Part shown: positions 62,421 through 64,000 of the stretch, piece by piece
How the letters are laid out: each line of letters starts with the position of its first letter
Position numbering within the stretch: position 1 is the stretch's first letter
Source of the DNA: Candidatus Bathyarchaeota archaeon
GTDB lineage: Archaea; Thermoproteota; Bathyarchaeia; Bathyarchaeales; Bathycorpusculaceae
Length of the DNA: 64,000 nt
Assembly: GCA_963782525.1 (NCBI GenBank)
Contig: CAWAKC010000003.1
Location: 399,548-463,547 of the forward strand
Direction of reading: 5' to 3'
Notes under the pieces: generated by a model
The model's input: only the letters and a program-made list of their open reading frames with translations
What the model was told of the DNA's origin: nothing
Databases searched by the model: none
Program-made: the position numbers and the translations under genes

Positions 62421-63803
62421 TTGAGTGAGAAAAAATCTTCCTGGAAGGGTTTGTCGCATTACGCCAAAGTGCTAGTCTACGGCAGCACAGTAAGTTCTCC
62501 CAAGATAGGCAAAGGTGACTTCGGAACCACCAATACCCCAACAGAGAGCGAAAACTATGCAAGTATGGATAAGGACTACCGTTGGTTCCGTCAAGATGAG
62601 CTCGTTCGAAGATGCACGGTTATTAATGCTTGTTTTACTGCTTTGGCAGCTGGGTTTGAGACTGTTCTTGAGCCAACAAAGCCCATAACGGATGAAGCTG
62701 AAAAGAAAGCCTTCTTAGAGAAATATCAGTACATCAAGGATTATGTGGATGCAGTTAACAAAGCTGTAAACTTTGACCAGGTTCTTTTTGTAGCCCAAAT
62801 AAAACGCAGCATCTTTGGGAAATGCGGGTTTGAGATCGTCTTTAAAACCGACGGCAAAACTCCCGCATACTTGATTAGTCTTCAGAGCCCAAAATTAACT
62901 CCTAAGAAGAACAAGGATTGGGAGCTCACCGGTTTTAAGTACACTGGCATCAAAGAGGGCTATGACGTCGATGAAGTCTTATATTTTGTTAACACTCAGC
63001 TTGAGAACGATTTCTTGGGTTTAAGCGACGTTGAACCGATCCGTTCAACCTGCAAAGCCCGAAATTACTTGCTCGATAAGGATTTCCCTGAGATTACCCG
63101 TCGGCTTTGGGCACCCTATACTTTGCTTGAAGCGGATACAGCCGATATGGCTGACGATGATGAGACCGCTTTTCTGAAGGATCTGGCAAAGATCGCTGAA
63201 GCGGGCAAGAGTACTGCGATTAACAAGTCCGTGACTGCTCAGGTGGTTGAGTTCCGTATTAATTTGGGTGGTCTGGTGCAGTTGATGGATAAGCTTGAGG
63301 AAGGAGTTATCCGAGCATACGGTACACCGCGTTTTCTAATTAACAAGACGCCTGAGAATAGGGCAACTGCGTATGTTGAGTTTGAAGCCTATGTTGAGGG
63401 AGTGATTAAGCCCAATCAGCGTTACTTCAAGCGTGCTCTCGAATGTGAGATGTGGTATGATCGGCTAGCAAGGCTTGCAATGGAAGAGAAGGGTGAGAAA
63501 ATTGCTAAAGGAGTTGCTCTTCCGGTCAAGGTTAAGCAAAATTTCAAGCCGGTTAAGGCCTCTGACATCTATGCGATGGCGGCAGCGGTTGCAAGTCTCT
63601 ATGGTAACGGTAGCGGAGTTTTAGCTGAGTTCCCCGAGATTGCTTTTGAGATGATGAATTGGGACCAAGAGTTGCTTAAGGAAAAAGAAAAGTCTCCTCT
63701 GTCTCCAGGCAAGGCGTCAGTTGTCAAGGGCGAAGATAAGGAGGGCAAATATGAAGAGTACATTATCCGTCGCCGATTGCCTGCAACTCATCAGCTTAGT
63801 TGA
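62421..63803 (+). CDS. Portal protein
   Basis: Follows terL; IFGKCGFE, EVLYF...FLGLSDVEP, AYGTPRFLI...NRATA. Confidence 0.85.
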   Translation: MSEKKSSWKGLSHYAKVLVYGSTVSSPKIGKGDFGTTNTPTESENYASMDKDYRWFRQDELVRRCTVINACFTALAAGFETVLEPTKPITDEAEKKAFLEKYQYIKDYVDAVNKAVNFDQVLFVAQIKRSIFGKCGFEIVFKTDGKTPAYLISLQSPKLTPKKNKDWELTGFKYTGIKEGYDVDEVLYFVNTQLENDFLGLSDVEPIRSTCKARNYLLDKDFPEITRRLWAPYTLLEADTADMADDDETAFLKDLAKIAEAGKSTAINKSVTAQVVEFRINLGGLVQLMDKLEEGVIRAYGTPRFLINKTPENRATAYVEFEAYVEGVIKPNQRYFKRALECEMWYDRLARLAMEEKGEKIAKGVALPVKVKQNFKPVKASDIYAMAAAVASLYGNGSGVLAEFPEIAFEMMNWDQELLKEKEKSPLSPGKASVVKGEDKEGKYEEYIIRRRLPATHQLS

Positions 63804-64000
63804 TGCCGTAGAGGTCTTTGAAGCCTTCAAGCGGATCCCCGACCAATTTAGGGGGTTTACTTTCTTTGGCTCTGATGATCGCTGGCTCTATATTAAATCT
63901 GGCAACCCGAAGCTTTGCAAGAACTGTTCGAGCTATGATGGTGAAGTCTTCTATGGTGATAGCCTAAGTTCCGAGTTTCCCTATCTGCGAATTATTGATG
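63751..64000 (+). CDS. Partial head-morphogenesis (MuF-like) or other head protein
   Basis: ATG after aggaggg; WLY...KLCKNCSSYDGEVF; open to the window end. Confidence 0.5.
   Translation, partial: MKSTLSVADCLQLISLVDAVEVFEAFKRIPDQFRGFTFFGSDDRWLYIKSGNPKLCKNCSSYDGEVFYGDSLSSEFPYLRIID

Larger units (their letters stand above)
52300..64000 (+). mobile_element. Left part of a head-tail (Caudoviricetes-like) archaeal provirus; left boundary approximate, continues beyond the window
   Basis: terS-terL-portal-head gene order, ParB/GNAT module, tightly coupled plus-strand genes, visibly more G/T-rich composition. Confidence 0.85.

Overview
Archaeal DNA, most consistent with Bathyarchaeia (inferred from gene families, frequent TTG/GTG starts, PEF-type sorting tails and the AAA-TPR-wHTH protein type). 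It is almost entirely accessory genome in three blocks. (1) 1-16.5 kb is a defence island: a sacsin/GHKL-ATPase-HNH gene, a giant SF2 helicase-DUF1998-PLD gene, vsr, a C5 methyltransferase, a MORC/GHKL-histidine kinase fusion and a receiver protein with a HEPN-like RxxxxH motif. It ends at a 3' half of tRNA-Ala(CGC), which looks like an att site. Many of these genes carry indels, from consensus error or decay. (2) 16.6-52 kb is a mosaic of UvrD-Cas4-like and SF1 helicases, TA modules (one duplicated), nucleotidyltransferases, a PAC2 pair, secreted/surface proteins and micro zinc fingers. Short dispersed gene fragments sit at the junctions, including three copies of one uvrD segment with an identical 26-bp core. 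(3) ~52 kb to the window end is the left part of a head-tail provirus: ParB-ABC ATPase-GNAT module with a possible -1 frameshift, terminases, portal and a head-morphogenesis-like gene, interrupted by two antisense secreted-protein genes. All calls come from reading motifs by eye; no searches were run.
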